From an uncultured virus (IMG/VR IMGVR_UViG_3300042507_002727) (Duplodnaviria > Heunggongvirae > Uroviricota > Caudoviricetes): a stretch of DNA of 64,000 nucleotides. Made by a program: the position numbers and the translations under genes. The notes beneath the pieces were generated by a model. The model had not been told where the DNA came from. It was given only the letters and a program-made list of their open reading frames with translations, and did not search any database. Below, piece by piece: positions 1 to 8,695 of the stretch. The stretch is taken from the IMG/VR virus record IMGVR_UViG_3300042507_002727; one strand, 5' to 3'. The number at the start of each line of letters is the position of its first letter. The first letter of the stretch is position 1.

Positions 1-622
1 ATTCGTCTTTGTCGTTTGAATAGTGATCTATCGTTCCGCCATACTTCATTGACATTACCTGGTCTGAAGCTGGAATAAAGAGATCATGTTTAACATTGAC
101 TAACTCTTTCATTCTATTATTTTGAAAGGCAAACTTTTCTATATGAGAGTACGGTCCATTACTTATCTCTACTCCATACATATGCTCTATTAGATCCTTT
201 GCGAACCAGGGCTGAATGATATAGCTACCCATTGCAGCGCGATCGTAGAATGTAATTCCGTAAAGATTGTTACACCAAAGTTTTGAAGGATCTTGTAATA
301 TGCAGTCGTGTTCGAGTATTAGAATAGGTTTGTTCGTAAAGACTGATTCTTGCCAGAGACGAAAATGACTGTAGAAGCATGCACGTTCTGTTTCGGTTAT
401 CTCAACCTTCAATCCTCTTACTACATACTTAGGAGAAGTAGAGTATTTTGCGAACTTTAGGTCTTTCTGTCTGTGTAACGTCTTTGGTGTTATCGCGTTA
501 AAGCGATTGACTGTGATCCCTACACTTTCCCAACTCGGCTTGCAATAATCGTGATAGTACTCAGACCTTTCGTCGTTCTCTATCACTATCATAAAACATG
601 ATATGTTTTTAAATATATCCAT
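1..622 (-). CDS. Glycosyltransferase family 25-like protein (partial, runs off window start)
   Basis: Not in the ORF track; translated by hand from ATG at 622: MDIFKNISCFMIVIE...VNRFNAITP...TERACFYSHFRLWQE...PILILEHDC, matching the GT25 pattern C-x-x-SH-x-x-LW...ILE-[DH]-D. The frame stays open to the window edge. Confidence 0.6.
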   Translation of the reverse strand, partial: MDIFKNISCFMIVIENDERSEYYHDYCKPSWESVGITVNRFNAITPKTLHRQKDLKFAKYSTSPKYVVRGLKVEITETERACFYSHFRLWQESVFTNKPILILEHDCILQDPSKLWCNNLYGITFYDRAAMGSYIIQPWFAKDLIEHMYGVEISNGPYSHIEKFAFQNNRMKELVNVKHDLFIPASDQVMSMKYGGTIDHYSNDKDE

Positions 623-1328
623 TTGATTTAAGATCTTTAAGTGGTCCTTGAGATTCTATAGCATGCTTATCGTAATCGCTATCTGTAATGTACTCCACCA
701 TATTAACCCACATGTCTCTATTGTGTATAACAAAGGCGATCGACAATCTGGCTTTCTTAGTTGAAGCTGCATGCCAGTACACTCTATTCGGTTCCTTGAC
801 TTCTGAAGGATAGTATCCGCACTTAACGTTCCAACCTGGCTTGTCATACATATACACTACTTCGTCTTTTTCTTTATCGTAGTACTTAAAGTGCCCATCG
901 CCGTCCTGGCTATATGAGAACAATACATTATATCCTGGAGCGTTACCGTTATGATGCCACCCGATGTAACCGTCGTCAGGATACAACATACATAGCGCGT
1001 TTTGTGCAGACCCAACGGTGTTCTGAAGACGCATTAACTTTTTTGCCACTAATTCGTGAAAGAAACTACTTTTATCAATGTCAGTACTTATGGTTCCTAT
1101 ACCTAACGCAGCTCTAGGATACGCAAAATCTTTTAATGGGTACTTTAATGCTTTTCTAAAATATGCATCGTCTACAGAATGTAAATCTGTAATTAGATTA
1201 TCTTTTTTTTCTTTACGTCTAGCTTCTTCAGATAGTCTTTTTATATTTTCTTCTTTAAAGACATCTTCAGTTATACCAGATAGAATTTTCGTCAGTCTTT
1301 GACTTTTTAGGCAAACTTCTTTCATCAT
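609..1328 (-). CDS. 2OG-Fe(II) oxygenase-like (double-stranded beta-helix) protein
   Basis: YPDDGYIGWHHN...YWHAA...RLSIAF gives a proximal His, a distal His and a 2OG-binding R-x-S; the usual HxD is HxN here. Confidence 0.55.
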   Translation of the reverse strand: MMKEVCLKSQRLTKILSGITEDVFKEENIKRLSEEARRKEKKDNLITDLHSVDDAYFRKALKYPLKDFAYPRAALGIGTISTDIDKSSFFHELVAKKLMRLQNTVGSAQNALCMLYPDDGYIGWHHNGNAPGYNVLFSYSQDGDGHFKYYDKEKDEVVYMYDKPGWNVKCGYYPSEVKEPNRVYWHAASTKKARLSIAFVIHNRDMWVNMVEYITDSDYDKHAIESQGPLKDLKSNGYI

Positions 1329-2094
1329 TCAATCCCTTCTGTAGTCTTTCATAAAAATGTGTCATATCCTTAGATCTCATGGATACCTTATCTATCTGAT
1401 ATACGATCGGACGTTTTCCATCGTATAGATCCTTTCCATCGTGTATCGTAGCGTTGTACACCTTTGGGCCTATCTTTATATTTAAGTTGTTAAATCGTTC
1501 AAACTCTTTCCATCTGCCGGAAGTTAGTCTCCAAAGAGTAAACATATCAAATATTTTCCAATCGGGCCAAGCGAAGTCGTATGTCCACGGTTCGGTTCTT
1601 TGTTTTAGATATTCATCGAACCACGTCTGCATAAAATCTATCGTTAGGTCTGTCTTTCTGTAACCGCAGACCGCACCATGATACTTTACTGGTATCTTTT
1701 GTTCCTTATCAAAGAAAGACCACTTATAGTTACCGGTTGTATACCAGTAACTCTCTGTGAAGAACATGTCGCAGTCTTTAATCTCGTCGAATACGTTCTT
1801 TATCTTACTGCTTACGATCTGCGAGTCTACGTCGTTGTAGAATGTATTCTCGTATGGAGTCCTTGCCATACACCACATCTTTGCTCGCTCGTGAACCGGA
1901 ATGCCGGTGATCACGTTATTAAAAATCTCTCTTGCTCTATCGTCAACCCAAGCTTCGTGAGTAAAGAGAGTTATGTGAGCGTTTCTATGCATTGTTCGAA
2001 GAGACTCTCCGGACAGCATGGCGAGTTCATAGAATAGTTTTTCTTTTGAAGCAACGTATATGAAACCATTTTCACTTTTTTCTACATCATTCAT
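1267..2094 (-). CDS. GT-A fold nucleotide-diphospho-sugar transferase-like protein
   Basis: GFIYVA N-terminal strand and K...TPYENTFYNDVDS with a DxD motif, typical of GT8/GT77-like proteins. Confidence 0.6.
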   Translation of the reverse strand: MNDVEKSENGFIYVASKEKLFYELAMLSGESLRTMHRNAHITLFTHEAWVDDRAREIFNNVITGIPVHERAKMWCMARTPYENTFYNDVDSQIVSSKIKNVFDEIKDCDMFFTESYWYTTGNYKWSFFDKEQKIPVKYHGAVCGYRKTDLTIDFMQTWFDEYLKQRTEPWTYDFAWPDWKIFDMFTLWRLTSGRWKEFERFNNLNIKIGPKVYNATIHDGKDLYDGKRPIVYQIDKVSMRSKDMTHFYERLQKGLNDERSLPKKSKTDENSIWYN

Positions 2095-2108
2095 AAATCA
2101 ATCTCATT

Positions 2109-2600
2109 TCAAGTTGTTTCGGCTTCTTCCTCGAGATCATCTAGGTAGTCTAGATAATCGTTGTAGTCCATACCCTGATTTTCCATAAACTTTCTCGTGA
2201 TATCTGTAACAATAAAGTCTAATACAGCTTTCGTTGGCGCTCTTCGTATTGCAGATTTTATATCTGTTCCTGCGTCACGAATAAATGGAAGTTCTAGGAC
2301 TTTTGTTTTTTCGTTGAAAAGAGTCTTAAGCTCTATGACTTTCTCTTGAGTCCTTCTCTTTTCGTCGGCGTGCTTTTTATGATTTCTCTGTTCCGCTTCG
2401 ATGCGGTTTCTTTTCTGACGCATTTCTTCGATATCAAATTCATCAACGATTCGATCCCAATACTTATTCACGCCTTTTCTTTTATTATTCGGAACAGTAA
2501 GTTCAGCAACGCTTTCGATTCCATCTTCACGTATTATCTTAAATCTTACTCTCGTCTTTTCCAAGTCTACATATTCAGGGTTTAGTATTTTTTCAACCAT
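2109..2600 (-). CDS. Hypothetical protein, possible assembly chaperone for the adjacent repeat protein
   Basis: 163 aa charged, helical ORF starting 3 nt after the stop of the Tyr-repeat gene; function inferred from position only. Confidence 0.45.
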   Translation of the reverse strand: MVEKILNPEYVDLEKTRVRFKIIREDGIESVAELTVPNNKRKGVNKYWDRIVDEFDIEEMRQKRNRIEAEQRNHKKHADEKRRTQEKVIELKTLFNEKTKVLELPFIRDAGTDIKSAIRRAPTKAVLDFIVTDITRKFMENQGMDYNDYLDYLDDLEEEAETT

Positions 2601-2603
2601 AAT

Positions 2604-5228
2604 TTAAAGAATCCTTCTCCAAAGAGTTTTCGTAGAGATTACTGAGCTATTATTATTTATTATCGATCCTGCATATGTACTCTGATAGTCTACAGCTCCA
2701 GCATAATCGTTTGGTACTGTAGAGTCATAATTTACCGTATCCGGGACGGCTGCAATGTATGTTGTAGTATATGCAGGACCATCATAAGAGCTAGTATAGC
2801 TGGATGGTAAAGGACTAGAGAAGACCCCACCTGTGACTCCTATGTAATCGGTAATATATGACAGGGTCCCAACATAAAACACTGGAGCAAATCCTACAAA
2901 TTGTCCTAGATATGTAGTTTCACTTATATACGACACCGGTCCAATACCAACGTAGTCTCCTAGATAAGCAACTGTGTTGTCATAGTTTGCCGCCGTCACT
3001 CCTAAGTAATCTATATCGTATGTTAACACTCCAACGTAGCTTGCGGGAGTCACACCGGCGTATTCACTCTCGTATGTAACAGATAATATATAACTGCCAG
3101 CATCTGGAGTTAATCCAGCGTAGTTGCCAAGATAGGCTATAACCGTATCATAAACCGCTCCATCTGGGTTTGTTCCGAGATAATCTGCAGCAATGAGCGC
3201 AGTATATAATACTTCCGGTATACCAATATATCCGGCTCCGTCTGGAGTAGTTCCTGGACCGATATATGTAGGGCCGTCAAGAGGGCCCAAGTAACTAACA
3301 TCAGGCCCGGCACCGAGATAGTTAACTGGTGCACCAGATCCAAGATAATTTATTGCGTTGTCTGACTCGTAGTTTATGGCATCCGGAGTCGCAGGACCTA
3401 CGTAGTTAATTGATGGTATGGAAGTATAATCTACGAAGTTTAGTTTTTGCGACCCTTGATAATCTTGGTTTCCTGGGCCTAAGTAGTTGGTATCCGCGCC
3501 AGGGCCGAGGTAGCTTGTAGCTGCACCAGGGCCGAGGTAGTTTGTAGCATTCGCCGGGCCAGGGCCAACGTATGATAATGTTTTGGTTCTCACGTACGTG
3601 ATGCCCGGCCCTGGCCCGAGATAGTTTATAGAATTCGCTGCGCCTGGCCCAACATAATTTATAGCATTCGCCGTGCCCGGGCCAAGATAGTTTGTGACGT
3701 TAGCAACTAACGAAGTGTAGTTCGCAGCAGGACCTCCTGGGCCAAGGTAGTTAACAGTTGTAATGTCTCCTAGATAGAAAGGTTCTGCGCTAGGACCTAA
3801 GTATAGAGGAAATAACGTATAGTTTGTAAAGTTTGCCGGGCCAGGACCAAGATAGTTTACGTTTGGGACTCCGGATTGAGATGCATAAGGAGCACCGTCC
3901 GTATCCGTAGATACATATAGAACTCCATCCAAAGGCCCAATATATGTGACTGGCGCAGAGGGTCCTAGATATGAAGCCGGAGTCGTTCCTGCATAGTTAA
4001 TAGAGTCCGCCAACGGACCAAGATAGTTAACTGTCACGAATCGAGTACTATCATAGGTAACCTCTGCAGGTCCAACGTATGTGACTGGACCAATAAACCC
4101 AGTCACATACGTGATAGGAGTGATACCAACGTACGTAGCTGGTCCTACATAATCTGCTACGTAAGTAGCCGGTGTAACGCCGACATAAGAAATAGGACCG
4201 ATGTAATCGCCGACATAGTTCGTTGGCGCAACTCCATCGTATACAATCCCGCCAAGATAGTCTCCATCGTATGTTGCAAAACCCGGACCTAGATAGTTTA
4301 TACCACTAGGCCCTTCAAAGGTGGTAGTGTATGCCGCCGGTGCAACACCGTCATAACCAACAATAACAGAAGAAACGTAATCAGTGTCGTATGTTCCTAT
4401 GTAATCTGTGTCATACGGTACGTCCGAACCGCCAAGATAGCTTATAGGAATAATACCGGTATAATTCACATCAGAAGTATATATCGGGCCTACATAATCT
4501 TGCGCAGATATCGTAGGTCTTGTGTCAAGGATAGTACCCATTTCAGCCCAAGTCCCTGGCGTTGGCGCAGCTAGCTGAAATGCATAGTAACCTATCTGTG
4601 TTGTTATAATTCTTTCTCTTACTTTTTCGACTAGCTGTTCTATTTCGGCCTGAGTCATGATCTGAATGGTTCCGCCAGATACATGTTTAAGAGGACTGTG
4701 TGTAAGAGTGGTAGTACCCGATATCTTTTTAAATAACGTGGTTACAGTAGTATTTGCTGTGTCTTGAACGTTGTTAATGCTTCCGATGGATACCCAAGTA
4801 CCTCCAGCCGGCGCGGCGCTTGTTAACACGTAACCACCTGGGCCATCTCCAATAACCATATATTGTATAATAGCATCGGCAAGATCGTTGAGCTCTGTAT
4901 TGTTCGCGATCTTAATATCAGTTCCGTTCCAATGTAATGGTGGATTCGTGACAGATCCGTAGTTACTCGTTCTATCCTGATAAAGAGTGTATGTTGTAGA
5001 AAGAAGTGTAACGTCTCCAGTTCCAATAGCTCCCTGATATCGTGTATCAGTGAAATCACCTATTGCTACATAAGCGGTGTTTGCACCTTGTGCGTTGTAT
5101 ATGTTACCGGGCCCGTCAACAGAAGCAAACTTTTCAAGAACAACTTCAGCGATCGCTTCAAACTCAGAGTCGTTTATGATCTGTAATATGCCACTGCCCT
5201 TATAGGTAAGGACATTTGGTCTTGCCAT
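2604..5228 (-). CDS. Putative virion fibre or appendage protein with long Tyr-x-Gly(-Pro) repeat region
   Basis: 874 aa: about 240 aa N-terminal region with internal repeats, then about 620 aa of NYLGP/SYVG-type repeats. Confidence 0.6.
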   Translation of the reverse strand: MARPNVLTYKGSGILQIINDSEFEAIAEVVLEKFASVDGPGNIYNAQGANTAYVAIGDFTDTRYQGAIGTGDVTLLSTTYTLYQDRTSNYGSVTNPPLHWNGTDIKIANNTELNDLADAIIQYMVIGDGPGGYVLTSAAPAGGTWVSIGSINNVQDTANTTVTTLFKKISGTTTLTHSPLKHVSGGTIQIMTQAEIEQLVEKVRERIITTQIGYYAFQLAAPTPGTWAEMGTILDTRPTISAQDYVGPIYTSDVNYTGIIPISYLGGSDVPYDTDYIGTYDTDYVSSVIVGYDGVAPAAYTTTFEGPSGINYLGPGFATYDGDYLGGIVYDGVAPTNYVGDYIGPISYVGVTPATYVADYVGPATYVGITPITYVTGFIGPVTYVGPAEVTYDSTRFVTVNYLGPLADSINYAGTTPASYLGPSAPVTYIGPLDGVLYVSTDTDGAPYASQSGVPNVNYLGPGPANFTNYTLFPLYLGPSAEPFYLGDITTVNYLGPGGPAANYTSLVANVTNYLGPGTANAINYVGPGAANSINYLGPGPGITYVRTKTLSYVGPGPANATNYLGPGAATSYLGPGADTNYLGPGNQDYQGSQKLNFVDYTSIPSINYVGPATPDAINYESDNAINYLGSGAPVNYLGAGPDVSYLGPLDGPTYIGPGTTPDGAGYIGIPEVLYTALIAADYLGTNPDGAVYDTVIAYLGNYAGLTPDAGSYILSVTYESEYAGVTPASYVGVLTYDIDYLGVTAANYDNTVAYLGDYVGIGPVSYISETTYLGQFVGFAPVFYVGTLSYITDYIGVTGGVFSSPLPSSYTSSYDGPAYTTTYIAAVPDTVNYDSTVPNDYAGAVDYQSTYAGSIINNNSSVISTKTLWRRIL
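2650..4500 (-). repeat. Coding repeat array (N/S/T/D)-Y-(L/V/I)-G-(P)
   Basis: Dozens of YxG units; densest NYLGPG copies at about 3300-4030, seen in DNA as recurring gggccnagrtag-type words. Confidence 0.85.
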
Positions 5229-5229
5229 A

Positions 5230-5397
5230 TTATACAGAACCCCAGACTACAGTTCCTGCCGCATTAAGGATCTTTAGAGTTCTATTTGAACTGTCCTGCA
5301 AATAAGTAATCACGGCAGTGTTTGAGGTTGCCGTGAGTATGTTTGTTATATTTCTGCTATCGTCAATAACGGTTGTTCCAGATATCTTAACAGCCAT
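5230..5397 (-). CDS. Small putative virion protein (55 aa)
   Basis: Hand-translated MAVKISGTTVIDDSRNITN...LKILNAAGTVVWGSV; AAGGAGA Shine-Dalgarno upstream and a late-promoter-like GATAAATA at 5430-5437. Confidence 0.65.
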   Translation of the reverse strand: MAVKISGTTVIDDSRNITNILTATSNTAVITYLQDSSNRTLKILNAAGTVVWGSV

Positions 5398-5442
5398 CTT
5401 CGCTCTCCTTTAGAACTATTAGCTGTATCTATTTATCACAAC

Positions 5443-6468
5443 TTATGTCTTTAGCCATCTTTCGTTCTCTAGAGTCCACTTTACTACTTCTGCAATTCTT
5501 TCGCGGACTGAAGTGGCTGGTTCCCATCCAAGACTCTTCATCTTGTTTCCGTCTAGGGCATAGCGAAGATCGTGGCCTGGGCGACTCGAGTGAAAGTCGA
5601 CAAACTCGTAGTTGAGTTCCTTACCTTGCGCGTCTGCGATGATCCTTGCAAGTTCGTAGTTATCGATCTCTTCTGCGCCGACGATGTTAAACTTGGGGCA
5701 CTTAGCTCCACCCCATTCTTCCTTTAGATCAAAATTCCCATTTAGTAAGAATAAAACTGCATCTGCTACATCTTCTGCGTGGATGTAGTGACGTGATCCC
5801 GGGATCGTCTTTGTTCTATCGCTATGGATTGTAATCTTCTCGCCATCACGAGCTTTCTTGATGCACATTGGTATGTACTTCTCCGGGTGTTGTCTCTGAC
5901 CAAAGACGTTCATAGTATGAGTGATATAGATCGGCAAGCCGTAGGTATTCTCATACGCAACAGCAAGTTCTTCGCCGCCTGCTTTTGATGCGCTATAAGG
6001 ATTCGTAGAGTTATAGCGATCGTTTTCACCATACTTAATTCCATCCGGCGCAGGACCAAAGACTTCATCGGTACTGAAGTAGATGAACCTCTTAAGATTG
6101 CTCTTTTGCGCTCTTGCAAATTCGAGAATGTTACACGTTCCGACAACATTATCAAGAACGAACTCCATCGGATAGTCGATAGAACGATCAACATGTGACC
6201 CTGCTGCAAGGTGAGCGATGTAGTCTACGGATCCTACTTCTGAACGAACGAGTGGGTTCATGTCGGCCTTCAGGTCGTGAAATACCACGCTTACTCTCTT
6301 ACGAGTTTCGGCGTCGAACTCCTGTAGTGAGTCGTGGAGGCGATTCAAGTTTCCACTGTAGTCCAATCTATCTAGAGTAACTACCTCCCAATCCGTCTCT
6401 TTGAGCACTTTACATACGAGGTGGTGGGCAATAAAACCGGCTCCGCCAGTGATTAATATTCTTTTCAT
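5443..6468 (-). CDS. rmlB: NDP-glucose 4,6-dehydratase (RmlB/RfbB-like SDR)
   Basis: MKRILITGGAGFI, HLAAGSHVDRSI, STDEVFG, YSASK, RPGHDLRYALD; start corrected to ATG at 6468 with AAGGA upstream. Confidence 0.9.
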   Translation of the reverse strand: MKRILITGGAGFIAHHLVCKVLKETDWEVVTLDRLDYSGNLNRLHDSLQEFDAETRKRVSVVFHDLKADMNPLVRSEVGSVDYIAHLAAGSHVDRSIDYPMEFVLDNVVGTCNILEFARAQKSNLKRFIYFSTDEVFGPAPDGIKYGENDRYNSTNPYSASKAGGEELAVAYENTYGLPIYITHTMNVFGQRQHPEKYIPMCIKKARDGEKITIHSDRTKTIPGSRHYIHAEDVADAVLFLLNGNFDLKEEWGGAKCPKFNIVGAEEIDNYELARIIADAQGKELNYEFVDFHSSRPGHDLRYALDGNKMKSLGWEPATSVRERIAEVVKWTLENERWLKT

Positions 6469-6491
6469 AATGTATTCCTTTTCATTGTATG

Positions 6492-6516
6492 AAGAAGCGG
6501 GCAATGCCCGCTTCTT
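6492..6516. terminator. Intrinsic terminator-like hairpin
   Basis: AAGAAGCGGGC-AAT-GCCCGCTTCTT perfect inverted repeat between the TctC-like gene and the dehydratase gene. Confidence 0.7.
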
Positions 6517-6526
6517 TTCTATATGA

Positions 6527-7354
6527 TTACTGCACCTGACTTTGGTAGGCAGACACTTCTTTCTGTATAGCTTCGAGCTGTGCTTCTCTATCGAGTAATG
6601 AAAGCTCACGACTATATGTGTTAAACATTTCTTTCCAAGAATCTGAAGAGGTAGAATCGTTTAAAACCTGCTTCATCTCTTCTAGATCAACATTTACTCC
6701 AAGGAATGCGAACTTCATACCGGCTGTAGAGAAGACGTCATCACTGTAATTAACTAGCGGTGTAATTTCAGTGCTGTTTGGATCTGTAGTCAGCACGCAG
6801 CTCATAATATCGCTTGGCTTGGTCGTATAGACAAAGTCTATCTCGTCTATTTCAAAAGCTGCCATATATTCATTCGCGCTCTTATACGGAATGATCGTAG
6901 CATTACTCTGTACTGCTTTTACATTATTTTCTAAAGATAACTTGTATAGAAAATCAATAGCATAACCTATCTTTGCGTTTCCGTTTATAAAGTATTCGAG
7001 ATCTTTACCGGAATCTTTCTTTGTGCAGATATAGTTATACGAAGAGATGTGAACAGTGATAAAATTATCTTTTGTGAGTGTTTCCTTACATTCTTCACTT
7101 GCTGAAAAAGGTTCTGCAATTGGCTGCCATATTACTATGGTTGGGTTAGTCTCAGTTTTAAGAATGCTTGCTGCTGTGGCACAGGACTCTACTTTTTCTA
7201 CACTTCCAAAAAGAGAAGGGTTTGACTCGTGTAGATAGTTTCCTAGTTTAAAGGCAGCTCCGGTTGGATTGTATGGATTTATGATGCGAACTAATTCGTT
7301 TGCGTAGAGCGGTGTAGAAATCATCATAAAGAGCGCTGTGATGTATTTAATCAT
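6527..7354 (-). CDS. TctC/Bug-like periplasmic solute-binding protein (divergent)
   Basis: Signal peptide MIKYITALFMMISTPLYA, then IINPYNPTG resembling the TctC IVPF-x-PGG motif, plus IPYKS; directly downstream of a tctA-like gene. Confidence 0.6.
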   Translation of the reverse strand: MIKYITALFMMISTPLYANELVRIINPYNPTGAAFKLGNYLHESNPSLFGSVEKVESCATAASILKTETNPTIVIWQPIAEPFSASEECKETLTKDNFITVHISSYNYICTKKDSGKDLEYFINGNAKIGYAIDFLYKLSLENNVKAVQSNATIIPYKSANEYMAAFEIDEIDFVYTTKPSDIMSCVLTTDPNSTEITPLVNYSDDVFSTAGMKFAFLGVNVDLEEMKQVLNDSTSSDSWKEMFNTYSRELSLLDREAQLEAIQKEVSAYQSQVQ

Positions 7355-7362
7355 ATTTTACC

Positions 7363-8694
7363 TCATAAGTATAGAGCGTTGAATGTCATTATGCTGTAGT
7401 ACAGCATGTCGTGAAGCAGAAATGCAAAGACTATTGGTGTTCTATCGTAACTCTTGAGCAGATAACCAATTGGTATCAAAGCTATAAGAAGTACTACATA
7501 GTACACGGACTGACCATACATAGATCCAGTAATATACGCGACGACAAAGAGCATCGCAATAATAAAGATATATATGTATCTAAAGTCTATCCTTGAAAAA
7601 ACTCTTATCCAATTTACATACTTTCCTGCTATGAATACGCCGATAATCGCGCTAAGCATATAGACAACCATCATATAAGGAAGCATGTGATAGAAGAAGT
7701 TTGTTGTTATATGTATTCCTTTACTCTCGACTATACTATATATAAAAGATTGTGTACTAGTAATTGGAAGACCTACGAGAAATAAAGGAATTATTTGTGA
7801 AAAAACACCTGCGTTGTTTGCAGTCTCGGCCGCAACAAGACAGTCTATATCACCAACCTGATACTTGTTTTGTTTCTTTTTTATTCTTTTTTCGAGTAGA
7901 TACGCAAGTGTTGTTCCAAGATGATACGTAACTCCTGGTATAAACCCGGATACATAACCTATCAAGAATCCACGAACTACAACTCCCCAATGTTGTAACA
8001 TATTCTTAAACGACACAACATAACCTGAAAGTTGCAACTTATTCATCACTATCTTTCTTGAGCCTACTTCAAGTTGATCTAGGATATACGGTATTACGTA
8101 TATTCCTAAGACGACACTGATTGTAGGAAGCCCGCTTAACAGATAATTGTTACCAAATGTAAGAAATGCGGTGTTTGTATTTTTATCCATCCCGACGTGC
8201 GCTAAGATAAAACCCAAGATTATAAATGCGCAACTGATCCAGTACTTATTCTTACTCACTACTATAAATGCTATTAGACACAGAAAAGTAAGCAGCATTT
8301 TTATGCGCGTATCAAACATAGAGAACATATAGTAACTATACTGAATAAAGATGTACGACACCATGATAGAGAGAAGAGATCCTATGAAGCTTCCTATCGC
8401 TGCATACATTATTGCCCTATCACCATCTCCACGACGAAACAATTCGTGACCTTCGATTAACGAAGGAATGGATGTCATAGAACCAGGGACAGCAAAGATA
8501 GTTGCTGACACAGATCCAAAGTATTGGCTCAGGCTTGCAACTACTACATATACTGCTAACGCGTTTGCTGGGTCAATTCCCATTAGAAACGGATACATTA
8601 GAGACAGCGTCACAAACACGGACACTCCTGGTATCAATCCGGACAAGACGCCAAAGAAGGTCGCAACAAGAAAAGAAACAACCATTTCTATCAT
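7363..8694 (-). CDS. tctA: Tripartite tricarboxylate transporter large membrane subunit, TctA family
   Basis: Multi-pass hydrophobic 443 aa protein with GLIPG, YFGSVSATIFAVPG, EGH...GDGDRA, GFIPG and AAETANNA signature motifs. Confidence 0.85.
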   Translation of the reverse strand: MIEMVVSFLVATFFGVLSGLIPGVSVFVTLSLMYPFLMGIDPANALAVYVVVASLSQYFGSVSATIFAVPGSMTSIPSLIEGHELFRRGDGDRAIMYAAIGSFIGSLLSIMVSYIFIQYSYYMFSMFDTRIKMLLTFLCLIAFIVVSKNKYWISCAFIILGFILAHVGMDKNTNTAFLTFGNNYLLSGLPTISVVLGIYVIPYILDQLEVGSRKIVMNKLQLSGYVVSFKNMLQHWGVVVRGFLIGYVSGFIPGVTYHLGTTLAYLLEKRIKKKQNKYQVGDIDCLVAAETANNAGVFSQIIPLFLVGLPITSTQSFIYSIVESKGIHITTNFFYHMLPYMMVVYMLSAIIGVFIAGKYVNWIRVFSRIDFRYIYIFIIAMLFVVAYITGSMYGQSVYYVVLLIALIPIGYLLKSYDRTPIVFAFLLHDMLYYSIMTFNALYL

Positions 8695-8695
8695 T

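Noticed and set aside
6469..6609. N-terminal extension of the dehydratase in the ORF track
   Set aside because: It crosses a terminator hairpin and overlaps the upstream gene; the Rossmann motif and Shine-Dalgarno support the start at 6468.
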